The notes: generated by a model not told the origin, from the letters alone. A stretch of DNA of 64,000 nucleotides from Chrysemys picta bellii (GCF_011386835.1 NC_088794.1:3720001-3784000), one strand, 5' to 3'; numbered from the stretch's first letter, positions 35,833 through 49,500 are shown. Numbers and translations: made by a program.

Positions 35833-38087
35833 CTGGAAATGAAATGAAAACTGGACAATGAGAGACTTGGTTTAAGCTATGGGTATGCTAAGCACCTTTT
35901 ATTCAGGCTGAATGGAAGCTGCAAGCAAGCCTCTTTGTGACGTGAGGGAGCTGGACACAGTAGAAGCCACTGCCCAAGGCAACCAGCCACATGGTGAAGC
36001 ATGAGTGAAGCTGTGGAGGCTGAGGGACTGGCTGCAAAAGCAGGGGCAAACTGTGTGTAAGAGGCAAGAGTCACAGTGAGAGAAGTGGTGGACAGCATGA
36101 GGGGAAAGAGAGACAGAGCTTCTTCCAGCACAGGACTGGCTGGAGACGTAGCCTTAGGAATTTCTGAGCAACAGAACTGCCTGCTGTGGTTTGTTCCTAC
36201 TGAGTTCAGGGGAGCGGGGCTTTGTGTGTGCATCCTTTGTGAATAAAAAGGATTGCCCCAAAGAATGGACCTGACTCATAGCATCAGCCTCTTCTTACAG
36301 AAAGAATCTGGCAAAGCTCCGAATGTTAGCAAAACCTCTGGGGCCAAGGGGGCCACACTTCTCCCCGGGCCATTGTCAGAAATGAGAAGGGATCGGCTCA
36401 TCAGCTCCAGAAGCCTCCTGATGCTGTTTAATCTGCCTTGGTGTAAAATGATAAAGATTTTTTTTTCTTTTAAGTGCTAGTCCCATGAATTCCCAAGTGA
36501 ACCCAGGCACATTGGCCCCATCCCCATTTGACTCATTGTATTCTGCTTCAGAGAATTAGCCCTGTGTTATCCATGGGGTACAGAACACCCTTCCGAGAGT
36601 TGGGGCTAGAACCCAGAAATCCTGGCTCCCAGACCCCCCTACTCTAACTATTAGCCTCCACTCCTCTACCAGAGCTGGGGATGGATTAGATGCAGCATTC
36701 AAAAGTTACCACGTTACAGACAAAGAGACAAACACCAAATAGAAATGCTGTTCAGTTGACTGTAAAGGACTTCACAGGCTCAGAAAAAACTTGCCTCTGT
36801 CTGATAGCAAGTGCTCAGGGGGGATTTGTTGCAGTGGTAACTGGGGTGACATGGTCTATCTACAGCAAGAGCAAGGAATGGTTGGTGTGGGATGGGAACC
36901 CAGTCTAGGTGGGGGATAGATGACTTGGGAGTGCAAATCCAGACCAGTGAGGGGTTGTGTCACTGCCTGGCCTGTAACCTCTGATGCAGTTGTAACTCCC
37001 AACTTGGCCTGCTCACGTCCATCCTCTCAGCTGGCAGGTCATACCCTGAATGTCCATGTGCTAAGCAGCCCGGGTTCCGCAGCCTGTCTACAGCCCCACA
37101 GCCCCACTCTGCTTTCCACCAGCCTTGGTTACAAGCAGCAAGGGTGACCCCAACACACCCCACTCCCAAATTTCCCTCACGCTGAAGTGTCCAGCCGTCT
37201 CCTGGACAGCTCAGAGAAATCGTAAGGTTCATTTGTTCTTTTAAAGACACAAAAGCACATCACAGCTTATTAACTTCACTGGGGGGGTATTTACACCCTT
37301 CCCAGCAAACACCGCACTGAGCTGGTGGGTGGTAAACTAAAACACATTTATTAACAATAGGAGAGAGGGAAAGTGATGGGAATGGAAAAGGACTAAACTT
37401 AGGAAGGGTTACAAGGAAATAAAAGTGAAAACACACATATAAAAATCTAAAACTTAATCTAGCAAGATGCAGCCTTCCTGTCCCCCTGTGTGTACATGGG
37501 GCTTCCATTGTTTTCATCCCACCAGGCTTAATTTACCTAAGAGACAGGTAAATTGCTCGCCCCCCCACTTCCTTTTCTCGGCAGGAACTGCTCCTTCCTT
37601 TGCTTGGCCACACGCTTTCAAACATAATATCAATGAGTGTCCATAATTCCCTCTGTAGTGTTACTACAGACATTTCACAAAGACATTAATCACCGGCATG
37701 TCATTAGCTCTCAGAAAAGACCTCTCTCCATACACGCTTCTAATGCAGGAATACCATATGCAATCAGTTGATTCAGCTGCTTATCACTTGAGGTTCAGCC
37801 CCCCTGTCTTTATAACCCAATAAATCTTTGCAATGGATCCTTCTGAAAAATAAACTCCAGACGGAGCTTCTCTCTCCTGCTGGGTGTAGACACCAGGCTG
37901 TCTTGTCCCTCTCTTGTCAGGGTGAGGTTTGCCTCCATCCCTTCTTAGGTCGATGGGTCTGTGTGCTGCTTCCATGGAAATGGTGATAAACATACATACC
38001 TTAGTTTGGGAGAGAGTCTTATTTACATTGGCCAATTAACAAACCATCTTGGTAAAACTTTAACTCATCCTGTCTTGGTTCTGCCAA

Positions 38088-38167
<80 letters not shown>

Positions 38168-38168
38168 A
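38088..38168 (+). repeat. (GAAA)n microsatellite
   Basis: Direct inspection; the paralogous site at about 10370 has only a few units. Confidence 0.95.
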
Positions 38169-38220
38169 ATCCCATATTTCAACCCTCACCCTAACCCCCA
38201 TGACAAACTTTGTCATAACC

Positions 38221-38380
38221 CCAATGATACTCTTAACCCTAACCCAATGATAACCTTCACCCAATGATACTCTTAACCCTAACCCAATGATAACCTTCAC
38301 CCAATGATACTCTTAACCCTAACCCAATGATAACCTTCACCCAATGATACTCTTAATCCTAACCCAATGATAACTTTAAC
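38221..38380 (+). repeat. Four tandem 40-bp units containing TAACCCTAACCC
   Basis: CCAATGATACTCTTAACCCTAACCCAATGATAACCTTCAC repeated with period 40. Confidence 0.9.
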
Positions 38381-38549
38381 TCTTATCCCTAACCCCAATA
38401 ATACCACTTTGTTCCCTCTGCTCTAACCTGCTAGATCCCACTATCTTCCCACAGATGGGTAAAGGACCCAGGAGTCTTGGCTCCCAACCTCATTCTCATT
38501 CCACATGCCCAGGGCAGGTAAGGCTGGTGTTTTTCTGTGGTTGTTTTAT

Positions 38550-39046
38550 CTGCCTGATTCCAACTCCTCTGGGCACCTAGGGAGTGAAGAAAGAGAAGAG
38601 AAGGATATTACTCTGTGTGTGTGTGTGTGGGGGGGTGTTCTACACAGATATTTCACTGTGTATCTGGGGGAATGACTGCCAGTAGCTCCACCCACAGTTC
38701 CCACGCTCCACCCACTCTCCTGTAATAGCCCTCTTATCCTCTGCAACAGTAAAAAATATTAGCAGTGTTGCTATTCAAATTGTCATCTGTAGGTTCCAGA
38801 ATTAACAGTCCCCACTGATCTGAATGGAAGTGGCTCAGGATTGAATGCAGAAATCCAGGCTACATGGGCAGGGGGATCAAAGAAAGGCAAAAGGGTTGGA
38901 TCCCCCTGGTATTCACTAGCCCAATTCCCTCCTCACATCAGACCGTATCGCTTTCCCCTCCCCATGGAAGGTAGGGACTGGTTCCTACATCCCCACTCCA
39001 CCCTCACTCATCACCAGAAATGCTAGGAGCTGTGGAGACAACCCAT
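38550..39046 (-). pseudogene. Orphan protease 5' relic (Y-B): broken signal exon 39008-39046 and mini-exon 38550-38576 with lost donor
   Basis: Same early TAG as Y-A plus a 12-nt deletion; mini-exon donor GT changed to AT. Confidence 0.7.
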
Positions 39047-40239
39047 GAACCAGGCTCACCTCATCCTGTCTTGGCCAACCCCAGCTACCTCCATTGCTCT
39101 GACTGAACCCTGCCTGAAGAGTGAATACACCAGAGCAGGCTTTTAGAGACAGAGCCTCCTGCCGCCACCCTCCCTAGATCTGTGGAAAATAGATGTGACC
39201 AATCCCCCAATGAGCCCCTTCTGGAGACAAGTGCTGCCGAAGAGGGCCATAACCAGGGCGGGGCAAGCAGGGTAGCTTCCTATGGCGCAGAGCCAAAGGG
39301 ATGGAAAAATGGGACAGCAATGGGGGGCACATGGAGTCACATGCCTCCCCCCAGATTTCTGCCATCCCTTTAGCACAGAGGTTTTCACAGTGTTTGGCGT
39401 GTCCCCCTACAGTTTGAGAACCATCGCCGCGTCCCAGGAGCTGGCGGGTCGGAAGCTGGTGGGAGCCACCCAACCTACTCTGGCAATTGCCTCTCTGTGC
39501 TGTGGGAGCCGGGGCACTGGCTGGCTACCCGGCAGCCCTCCCTGCCCTGCTCCCCGAGCCCGGCCACCTCTGCAAACCACAGGTGCTCCCCAGGTAGCGC
39601 ACGTGGCACAGCTCCGAGCTGCACCCCTGACATGCTCCGGGCTCTGCTGCTGCTGGTCCCTGGGTGGTGAACTGCTAAGAGGCAGATGCCCAAGCAGGGA
39701 TGAGTACTGCAGGGAGACCTCGGGGAGCATCGCATGACAGCCAGGGTCGGCTCCAGGGGGCATCGCCAGCCAGTGCCGGCCTCCGTCAGGGCACAGGCAA
39801 GAGCTCATCAAGGCAGCCAACCAGCACCAGAGCTCCCACAGCATGGAGAGCCTGGGGCCCGAGTGGGCCAGGCAGCTCCCACCAGCCTGTGATCTGCTGG
39901 CAGAAATTTGAAAACCGTTGTGCTAAATGGAAGGCAGAAATTTGGTCCCCTCCATGTGTCGCCTCTTTGGGGTGCAAATATGCTTGCTCGCCCCAGGTGC
40001 TGCAATGCCTAGTTACAGCTCTGCTTCCAAATTCAACACGTGAGTGGGGTGTGACCGTTCTCATTCTGCTCTGCCTGGAATTGCCCCAGCGCAGGCACCC
40101 TATAAAACCAAATAAAAATGTGCAACCTCCCAGGTTACGGGGGGGGATGCCCAGAGTGATTTTCATTTCCCTGTTTTGTTAGCAAGTGAATGCGTCAAGA
40201 ACAGCTGGCCAAGGACAGTGCCCCAGCAAAGCTCAGGTT

Positions 40240-41350
40240 GTAATGGGGGTAAGGTTATCGGGGTAGATCTTAGATTCTAAAGTGAGAAGGCAGCACTGTG
40301 ATCAGTTACTCTGACCCGTTGTATAACACAGGCCAGAGACCTGCCCCCAAATAACCCCTAGAGCAGAGCTTTCAGAAAAACTGCCAGTCTTGCTTTAAAA
40401 ATTGCCAGTGGGGTGGAGAATCCACCACGACCCTCAGTGAATTGTTCCAATGGTTAATTACTCTCACTGTGAAAAATGTATGTGTTATTTCCAGTCTGCA
40501 TTCGTCTCGCTTCAACTTGCAGCCATTGGATCTGCTCAACTGAAGAGCCCATTATTAAATATTTGTTCCCCGTGTAGGTATTTATAGACGGTGACCAAGA
40601 GACCCCGTAACCTTCTCTTTCTTAAGCTACATAGATGGAGCTCTTTGAGTCCATCACTCTAAGGCAGGTTTTCTAATCCTGCCATCATTCTCATGCCTCT
40701 TCTGTGAATCTTCTCCAATATATCAACATAATTCTTGAATTGGGGGCACCAGCACTGGACACAGTAGTTCAGCAGTGGTCACACCAGTGCCAAATACAGA
40801 GATAAAATAACCTCTCTGCTCTTACTGGAGTTTCCCCTGTTTATACATCCCAGGATTACATTAGCTGTTTTGGCCACAACATCGCACTGGGAACTCATGT
40901 TCACCTGATTATCCACCATGAGCCCCAAATCTTTTTCAGGGTCGCCACTTCACAGGAGATTCCTCCATCCTTATAGTGTGGCCGACATTCATTATTCAGA
41001 GATGGATATATTGACATTTAGCCGTGTTGACATTCACAGCGATTGCTTGTACCCAGTTTCTAACTTTTGTAGTTTCTGTTTAACATCCTCCAGAGATAAT
41101 AGAGGAATGGAAAGAGTGATGTCATTGCCATACGACGAGACTATATCAGCTGTTTTCCCACCCAAATGCAGAACAGAAATATTTATTGAATACTTCAGGC
41201 TTTTCTGCATTATTATGTATAATTCTACCATTTTCATCTAGTAATGGACCAATACCATTGTCAGGATTCTTATTGCTCCTAAAACATTTTAAAAACTCCT
41301 TCTTATTGTCCTTAATTCTGCTGGCCCTAGATTTCTCCTTGTGTCCCTTG
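40240..41350 (-). mobile_element. Old CR1 fragments (paralog of about 13050-15500)
   Basis: Degenerate CR1 ORF2 (ASRIKDNKKEFLKCFRSNK...IGPLLDENG...EKPEVFNKYFCSAF). Confidence 0.75.
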
Positions 41351-42142
41351 GCTTCCATTATCAATTTCCCCTATAATCAAAGAACTTTTCCCTCTCCCCC
41401 CCCCCAGCACAGCCACCAACATGCACTTCATGCACAAGAAATCTCATCGGGCTTCAGGCAGGGAAGGGAACATGGATGTCTGTTGCCGGTCACCTCTGCT
41501 GTCCCATTGCTGGCTGTCTTGATATCACACGGAGTGCTGCAACTGGAAGGAAAGCTCTTTCACTCCTGCTCCAAACTCCCCTGTGAGTTGCCTCTGTTTA
41601 CGGCTCTCGAGTTCACCTAGCAAGTGACGTTTTATACCAAGTCGCAACACTTCGCTCAGCTCAGCTCTGCCCCTCGTCTCCAGGGAGCGACTGGCCACTC
41701 AGGAGGCTTCAAACAGCTGGGCTGATGAAAACTCCCAGGGCTTAGTCAGGGTCTCACAGCCCAGTTCCCCAGCCCATACACAGAGAATGAACAAACTGTC
41801 AAACAACACACAGATGGGCCAAACGCACCACTCACCAAGTCCCACTACCTCCAGTTTGAATCATTGCATTCCACCTCCCAGAATTAGCCCTAGGATGGAA
41901 AAGTCTTTTTCAGTTTCTCTTCCAAACATGTGGGAAACCTCTCTTCCCTGAGCTGGGGATAGAACCCAGGAGTTCTGACTCCCAGCATCCTCTCTCTCTC
42001 TCTCTAACCACTAGATCTCACTCCCACTCCCAGAACACCATTGTGGCATTATAAATACTTTCACAGTAGGGGGACTCTACCAATTCAACCAGAACTGTTT
42101 CTGAACCAACATTGTTGAATGTGCAAAATCTGTGTATATTGC

Positions 42143-42602
42143 TGTGACGAACTGGGCCTGTTCTTGCTGGGGTGTGTGAGTGCTGACAGGGGAGTGTGGC
42201 TGGGATAGTCTGCATTGGAGGATGGGAGTCTGCCCGAGGGCGCATACCTGAGCATGTAACATGAGAACCCAGGAAGGGGTTGAGGCCAGGTGACTCCTGA
42301 GCCCGGGAAACTGAACAAAGGCTGTGGGTGGGGGGCTGGAGGAGAGTGCTGGAAGCGAGCTGGAGAGATGGCTGGGAGGCAGAGATGGCTCTGACCCCCC
42401 AAAGGGGGGGTGGGCTGGAATGCCCTGGGACCCCAAGCTGGACTTAACTGAGGGGGTCCTGTTGTCTGTGCCTGCAAGACCTGTCTTGGACTGTATTCCT
42501 GTCATCCAAATAAACCTTCTGCTTTACTGGCTGGCTGAGAGTCATGGTGAATCGCAGGAAGCCGGTGGTGCAGGGCCCTGAGTTCCCCAATACTCCGTGA
42601 CA
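42143..42602 (+). mobile_element. Solo LTR of the same Gypsy family as 59906-63908
   Basis: TGTGACGAAC...CCGTGACA, reverse complement of the Gypsy LTRs; absent at about 16255. Confidence 0.92.
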
Positions 42603-43705
42603 ATACCTTTCTTTCTTTCTTTCTTTCTTTCTGCACGGTCTTTCCTTTTTAGTCTTTGGTTTTTTAAAACCTGTTCTCAAGATATAAAATAGCTGTAAAT
42701 CCCCTGGCGCTTTTCCCGGGAGCCAGGGCTTGAACCCCGGTGTCCGGGCCAAATTGTGACTCACTCATTCATACTTTGAGTCCCTGGCTCTGTCTCAGTG
42801 CTGGGTGCCCCATTCCCATGAGCCCTCGCTGTGTGGCTGTTCTCCAGCTGCTCACCCCAGAGGTGGCTGCTTCTTGGTGCCAGATGGGGATCTTTGTACA
42901 GACGGTGGACATTTCTGAGGGGTTTATCCCCACACACCCTTCTGCCCCCCATACCTCCTCCTCCCCTGGGCTCTTCTCTTTCCCCAGGTACCCAGGGACT
43001 GTCTATCCCTATGTGTCTTTGCAGCACCCAGCCCGACGGGGAGGCCCCCTGTCTCGATCAGTACCAGAGAAACCCAATACACACATCAGATAAACTGTGT
43101 GGTCAGAGTGCTTTTTATTCCATACTTTTTCATCTTTTCATTTCAATTAACACCTTAAAAGGGAGGAGCATTAATCTCTGGGGGAAATTCCTATGTGGGG
43201 AGGCGCATGGATTCTCTATCTCTTGGAGTATTGAAATTAAGAGTGAATTCCCTTTCTAAAACCACATGCCAGCTCAGCTATCAGATATGGGCTGGATGGG
43301 GAACCCCTCGATTCCCTTTATAAGTGACCCATGCTAGCCCAGCTGCTGTAAAGGCCGGGGAGAGCGCAGCCTAGGGGTTAGCACTGGGCGTGGGCCAGAG
43401 GAACCAGGCCAGGCTGGAATGCCAGGAGTGAGAATCAAGAGAGAAACCAAATGACAGGGATCAAGGGTCTATTACCAAGAACACCAAGTCAGGTTCAGAG
43501 ACCCACAGCCAAATCAGGAGCCTTAGAGATCTCTCTGAGAGAGCGCAGGGGCGGAGCTTGTACCCCAGTCAGGGTTCATGGCCCCCAGTCCTAGCTGCTC
43601 TCTGCAAGCTACCTGGTGGAAAACTGGAATGTGATTGTTCCCAGGTCCTCTGCAGACTGGGGTTCAAGATCCCTATGACCTCACAGCGACCAGATATGTT
43701 CCCTT

Positions 43706-45275
43706 TGTAACAGACACACACTAACTCAGCTAGCAGATAGGGCTTGGATGGAGGATTCCCTTTATCAGGGTTCCCCCTGAACTCTGGGGTACAAATGTGG
43801 GGATCCGCATGAAAGACCCTGTAGTGGGATGGTCACCCCACTTCGGCCCTGAAGGCGTTAAAACAGCCCTGGGACAGGGCTGCCATGGGGAGCCAATAGG
43901 AGAAGCAGCCACAGCTGGGGCCATGCCAGTCAGGGCCCAGCTGACCCTGATAAAAGGGATGTGGGGCCAGGAGACTGAGACTCTCTCTCTCCAGCCTTGG
44001 AGGGGGAAGGACCTGGCTGCCGGCGAGCTCAGGGTACAGGGAACGGAGCAGGGCTGGGGAAAGGCAGGAGGAGCTGGGGAGCTCCAGCCTGGTAAATCCC
44101 CAGGCTGTGGGCCTTGCTGAAAGGGCCAAAGCAGGTACTGGGGTTGCAGAGGGGCGGCCCGGGGATAGGCAGAGGCAGCTAGTCCTACCCCCTTGTCAAT
44201 GATGACTGGCCTTTACAGAATGCAGTTTGCCCCAGTGAGCGGGGGCTAGATGATGACTGGCAGTAGCCACTGAGGCGAGGAGGGTTTAGAGGGTTGGGGG
44301 TTCCCCTAGGAGGGGAGACCCAGAGTGTGATGGGGTTACTGCTGGGGGCAGACCCCCAGGGTAAGGGGCACCGGAGTCCGGGAGGGACACTGGGGCCAGT
44401 GGCAGGTGAACCATTGGCCAGCAGAGGATGCGCCGACCTGGAATTGAGCTAATTCCCAGGACAATCAGCAGGAGGCGCCGCAGCGGTGAGTCTCACTTCA
44501 CTACAGGCCCCCTAAGCTTATATTCTACCAGCTTAGGTAAAAATCTTCCCCAAGCACAAATTCTTTTCCTTGTCCTTGGACGGTATTGCTGCCACCACCA
44601 AGTGATTTACACAAAATTTCAGGGAAGGGTCACTTGGATCCCTATCCCCCCCAAATATTCCCCCAAGCCCCTACACCCCCTTTCCTGGGGAGGCTTGAGA
44701 ATAATATACCAATGAATTGGTTAGCAATGTGAGCACAGACCAAACCCTTTGTCTTCGGGACACTGCAAATCAATCAGGTTCTTAAAAGAAGAACTTTATT
44801 TATAAAGAAAAAAGTACAAGAATCACAGCTGCAAAAGCAGGCTGGAAAGTAACTTTAGAGGAAAATAAAAAGATTTAAAACACAGAGGATTCCCCTCTGG
44901 CTCAGCTTCACAGTTACAAAAACAGGAATAAAACTACCTTTGTAGCATAGGAAAATTCACAAGCTAAAACCAAAGATAACCTAACGCATTTCCTTGCCCT
45001 ACTTACAATTTCTGTGATTTTAGATGGATTATTCCAGGTATATTTTCAGGAAATGGCTTCTCTCTCCATCTGGAGAGGTAACAACAAAGAGAGAGCACAA
45101 ACAAAACCTCCCCCCCCCCCCCCGCGCAGATTTGAAAGTATCTTCTTTCCTCATTGGTCCCTCTGGTCAGGTGCCAACTAGGTTATTTGACCTACTTAAC
45201 CCCTTACAGATAAGGTGATTCCATACAGCTGCCAAGGAGGGACTTTATGCAACCCTTCTCTCTATATTTATGACA
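43706..45275 (-). mobile_element. Solo LTR (paralog of 17597-18474) with nested LTR
   Basis: TG...CA ends, TSD CCCTT; minus-strand AATAAA at 44800-44795. Confidence 0.8.
43820..44505 (+). mobile_element. Nested solo LTR (family of 12093-12789)
   Basis: TGTAGTGGG...CACTACA; TSD GACCC / GGCCC; empty site near 17715. Confidence 0.85.
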
Positions 45276-46119
45276 CCCTTTCTAAGAGTCATGTGCTAGC
45301 TCAGCCATCACATATGGGCTGGAGGGAGGGAGGCCTGGGTTGGGCCATCTGGGCTGTGCCGTGCATGAGGCTAGATTGGAGGACCGCAATGATCCCTTGT
45401 GGCTGTGCTCTTAGCACCATCCCTGCCATGGGTTTAAATCCTCCCAGATCCCTAAGGGATGGAGGGGGACTTAAATTATCTTGGGGCTTGGGTTGGTCAC
45501 TGTCTGCAATTCTCAGCATGGCCAGATGGGGGCACTGCAGGGCTAAGTCACCTTGTCCCCGTATCTCCATGGGCTTGCCCAGGATCTGTGCATGCAGCCC
45601 CCACCCACCATTCTCCGAGGCACAAGCCTATTGATGGGGCAGTGGGGCAGCAGCTGATGCAGCAGCACACATGGTAGTGAGGCTATGAGGATGGGGTCCC
45701 CGCGCAAGCCAATGCAATGCCAGTGTCTTGGAAGGTGTCCAGGTGTGTGGTGGGGAAACTGAGGCAGAGAATGTGGAAAGGGAAAAACAGGCCAGAGAAG
45801 CGGAGCTGCAGGGGTAACAGGCCAGGAAAGATAATTAAAGAGAGTGAAGGAAAAGGAAATAACAGCCCCTTCCTGAAAGCAGAGAGATATTTTGGCGCCC
45901 AGCAGAGGAGTGTAAAGAGACCTCGAAGGAGGCCATGGGGTGGCTGGCAAAGAGCCCAAGAGAGGGATGGGGGGGCAGAGAATGGAAGGGTATAGGGACA
46001 CAATTTGGCATTGAACCAGGTGGGAGAGGGAAGCTACGGCTTGACTGCTTGTGAACCCCCATCTGGAGGGGGCTTTGATGGGGCCTGGTGGGATGCGCTG
46101 GGGCATGGGGGGGTGCATC

Positions 46120-46518
46120 TCACAGGATCATGGGGACAGCTGCAGCTAGGAGAAGCATGGCAGGCAGAGGGGGCACTAGGCATAAGTAGACGAGGCAATG
46201 ACTTAGGGCCCCGAGCAGCCCAAGGGGGCCCCCTATCCGCTTTACCTGTTTTAGTCTAGTGTGGGTGGGGGAGGTCCCCAGAATGTTCCTTAGGGCTCCC
46301 AAAGGGCTAGCAGCAGCGCTGTTGTGCTGCATGACGGACATGCTACGCAAGGTGAAGGGTATGGTGGGGACATAGCCCTGGATCCAGTCGGCGTAGGGGG
46401 GCAGCAGGATGTAGACCCCTGGGCGGTTGGGGCGCGCGCATTCCACACCCCAGCTCACCACACCAGCCAAGAGCCACGCGTTGTCCCATTCGCAGACCAA
46501 GGGTCCCCCAGAGTCGCC
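46120..46518 (-). CDS. Copy 2 last exon (Ser195 and hydrophobic tail)
   Basis: GDSGGPLVC...RPGVY...[11 protein letters not shown]; 399 nt. Confidence 0.95.
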   Translation of the reverse strand, partial: GDSGGPLVCEWDNAWLLAGVVSWGVECARPNRPGVYILLPPYADWIQGYVPTIPFTLRSMSVMQHNSAAASPLGALRNILGTSPTHTRLKQVKRIGGPLGLLGALSHCLVYLCLVPPLPAMLLLAAAVPMIL

Positions 46519-49500
46519 CTGCAGACAGCAGAACCATGGAGTCAATTCCTGGTATGTCCTCTAGGGGGCGCTGGCTCTGATCAGCCCCAGTGCCAGGGAC
46601 TGGCTGGCTCAGGGAGGCAGGAAATGGGGAGCGGGGCCTTTCCCCACTAGGGGGCACCGGCTCTGATCCTGCCCCAGGGCAGGGGACTGGCTGGCTCAGG
46701 AGGGCAGGGAATGGGACATGGGACCTTTCCCCTCTAGGGGGCATCAGCTCCAGCCCCATGCCGGGAACTGGCTGGCTCAGGGTGGGTGGGGAATGGGACA
46801 CGGAGCCTGTTCCCTTCTGGGGGGCACCGGCTCCACTCTGGGATTGACTGGCGTATGGGGAGAGGGAGTCAGAGAATAGGATACAGGGTCTCACCTGACA
46901 CGCATCTTTCTCCCCTTCCGGATACCCTGCGCAGATCATATCCTGCTTGATGGGATCAGTCCCCTGAGGGTCGTCTGGGTATGAGCCGGTGTTGAAGAGG
47001 CTGTTGCAGGTGTCTCTGTCTATCAGGGGAACCTGCACCTCTTGCAGCGTTTTGGGGGCTTCCAGGCTCTCTGAGGACAGACAGACGCACAGAGCTGAGT
47101 CACCCCCATGGAAACAAGCCATTCCACAGCTGCAGAGATCAATCGACGGAAAAGTATTGCTGGACAGCTCATCCCAGCCACTGTTGGGACTCCAGCACCA
47201 GCACCGCTCCATGCTGACCAGCAGAGGGAGCCCTTGATCCTCACACTTGCACAGGTTCCCGTGGGACACAAGCTGTGGGTCAACCCAACTCTCCACCTTC
47301 CCGTGGAGCTATCATGGAATGGGAAAGGTCTCTCCCTGCCTCAGTTTCCACATCTGTAAAATGGGGATAACGATCCCGACCTCCTTTGTAAAGCACTTGG
47401 AGATCTACGGGATGGACAGAACTAGGTACGAGCCAGCGATTTGTTATTACTACAGGATCAAAGCCACCGCCTCAGTTGCTCCCATCTCCCCATCAGCAGA
47501 GGGACCCGCTTCGGGCATCAAACCGCAGGACACTGGCATCACTAGAGATCCATGCACAGAGCCCTGGCACCAGCAAAACCCCGCGCTGTAGCAGGATGCA
47601 CAAAGCTGCTACAGACTCTGACCCAATGCAAAAACAGGGATCATAAACTAGGCGTGGAAATTGGAGGCTGCAAAGACAAAGACGGATGACAGTGGAGATC
47701 GCACGAGCAACTCGCTAGATCAGTAGTTTTCAAACTGTGGGTCACGACCCAGTACTGGGTCGTGGAATGGAAGGCATTGGGTCGCGGTGGCTCTGGTCAG
47801 CACGGCCTTTAAAAGTCCTGTGGGCCGTGCTGCCCGGCTAAGGCAGGCGAGTCCCTACCTGTTCTGACACCGCGCTGCGTCCCGGAAGCAGCCAGCAGCA
47901 GGTCCAGCTCCTAGGCAAGGGGGCCACAGGGCTCCATGTGCTGCCCCGCCCCGAGCACCGGCTCCGCACTCCCATTGGCCGGGAACCAGCCAATGGGAGA
48001 TCGGGGGGTGGTGCCTGCGGGCGAGAGCTGCTTGCGCGCCTCCACCTAGGAGCCGGACCTGCTGCTGGCCGCTTCTCGGGCGCGGCGCGATCTGCGGTGC
48101 CAGGAGAGGGAGGAAGCCTGCCTTAGCACCCCCCTGCGCCGCTGACCGGGAGCCGCCCGAGGTAATCCTGCACCCCAACCCTGTGCCCCAATCCCCTGCC
48201 CCAGCTTTGAGCCCCCCCAAACCCAGAGCCCCCTCTTGCATCCCAAACCCCTCATCCCCAGCCGCATCTCAGAGCCTGCACCCCCAGCCCAGAGTCCTGA
48301 CCCCCTCCTGCACCCCAACCCTGTGCCCCAATCCCCTGCCCCAGCCTTGAGCCCCCCCAAACTCAGAGCCCCCTCCTGCATCCCAAACCCCTCATCCCCA
48401 GCCGCATCTCAGAGCCTGCACCCCCAGCCCAGAGTCCTGACCCCCTCCTGCACCCCAACCCTGTGCCCCAATCCCCTGCCCCAGCCTTGAGCCCCCCCAA
48501 ACCCAGAGCCCCCTCCTGCATCCCAAACCCCTCATCCCCAGCCGCATCTCAGAGCCTGCACCCCCAGCCCAAAGTCCTGACCCCCTCCTGCACCCCAACC
48601 CTGTGCCCCAATCCCCTGCCCCAGTCTTGAGCCCCCCCCAATCCCAGAGCCCCCTCCTGCATCCCAAACCGCTCATCCCCAGCCGCACCCCAAAGCCTGC
48701 ACCCCCCGCCCAGAGTCCTGACCCCCTCCTGCACCCCAACCCCCGTCCCAGCCCTGAGCTCCCCCCAAACCAATAGCCCCCTCCTGCACCCCAAATCCCT
48801 CATCCCTGGCCCCACCTCAGAGCCTGAACCCGCAGCCCAGAGACCTGACCCCCTCCCACACCCCAACCCCATGGCCCAGCCCAGAGCCTCCTCCCACACC
48901 CTGAATCCCTCATTCCTGGCCCCACCATGCTGCCCTCACCCCCACACCCCAACCCTCTGCCCCGGCCCTCAGCCCCTCCCACACCCCAAACCCCTCATCC
49001 CCAGCTCTGTTGGGTCGCGGACATCAAAAATTTTCTTCAACTGGGTCGCCAGAAAAAAAGTTTGAAAACCCCTGCATTAGACCGCTACAGCTCCAGGGTA
49101 CACATGCAGAGCGACATTTGCAAAGCAAAAGCAGCCGTTCTCCAAAGGCAGAATCAATGGGGGTAATATCCAAGAGTAGAAATACGGGAGGCGTATGCCA
49201 GGAACACACTAGATGGCTACAAATCCATCCGTCCAACGATCATGCGAACAGCACCACAGCAGGATCTGCCACGATACTGCAGGGTCACACTGAATGCATG
49301 ACAGGGTAAAGCAGGGGTGGGAACTGGATGGATGAAGGGAGGGTCCAAAGCCCGAAGAGGAATGAGGGTGGAAATTGGCTAGCAATGGGCTAGCCTGCTA
49401 TGGATTCATGCACAGAACAGACACACTAACAGGTTATCTTCCCACAGGAAGATGTACAAAACTTGCATCTGAAGAAGTGAGGTTCTTACCCACGAAAGCT

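Noticed and set aside
38221-38380. CRISPR-like array (also 48168-48860)
   Set aside because: Contiguous tandem units without unique spacers, in a vertebrate genome.
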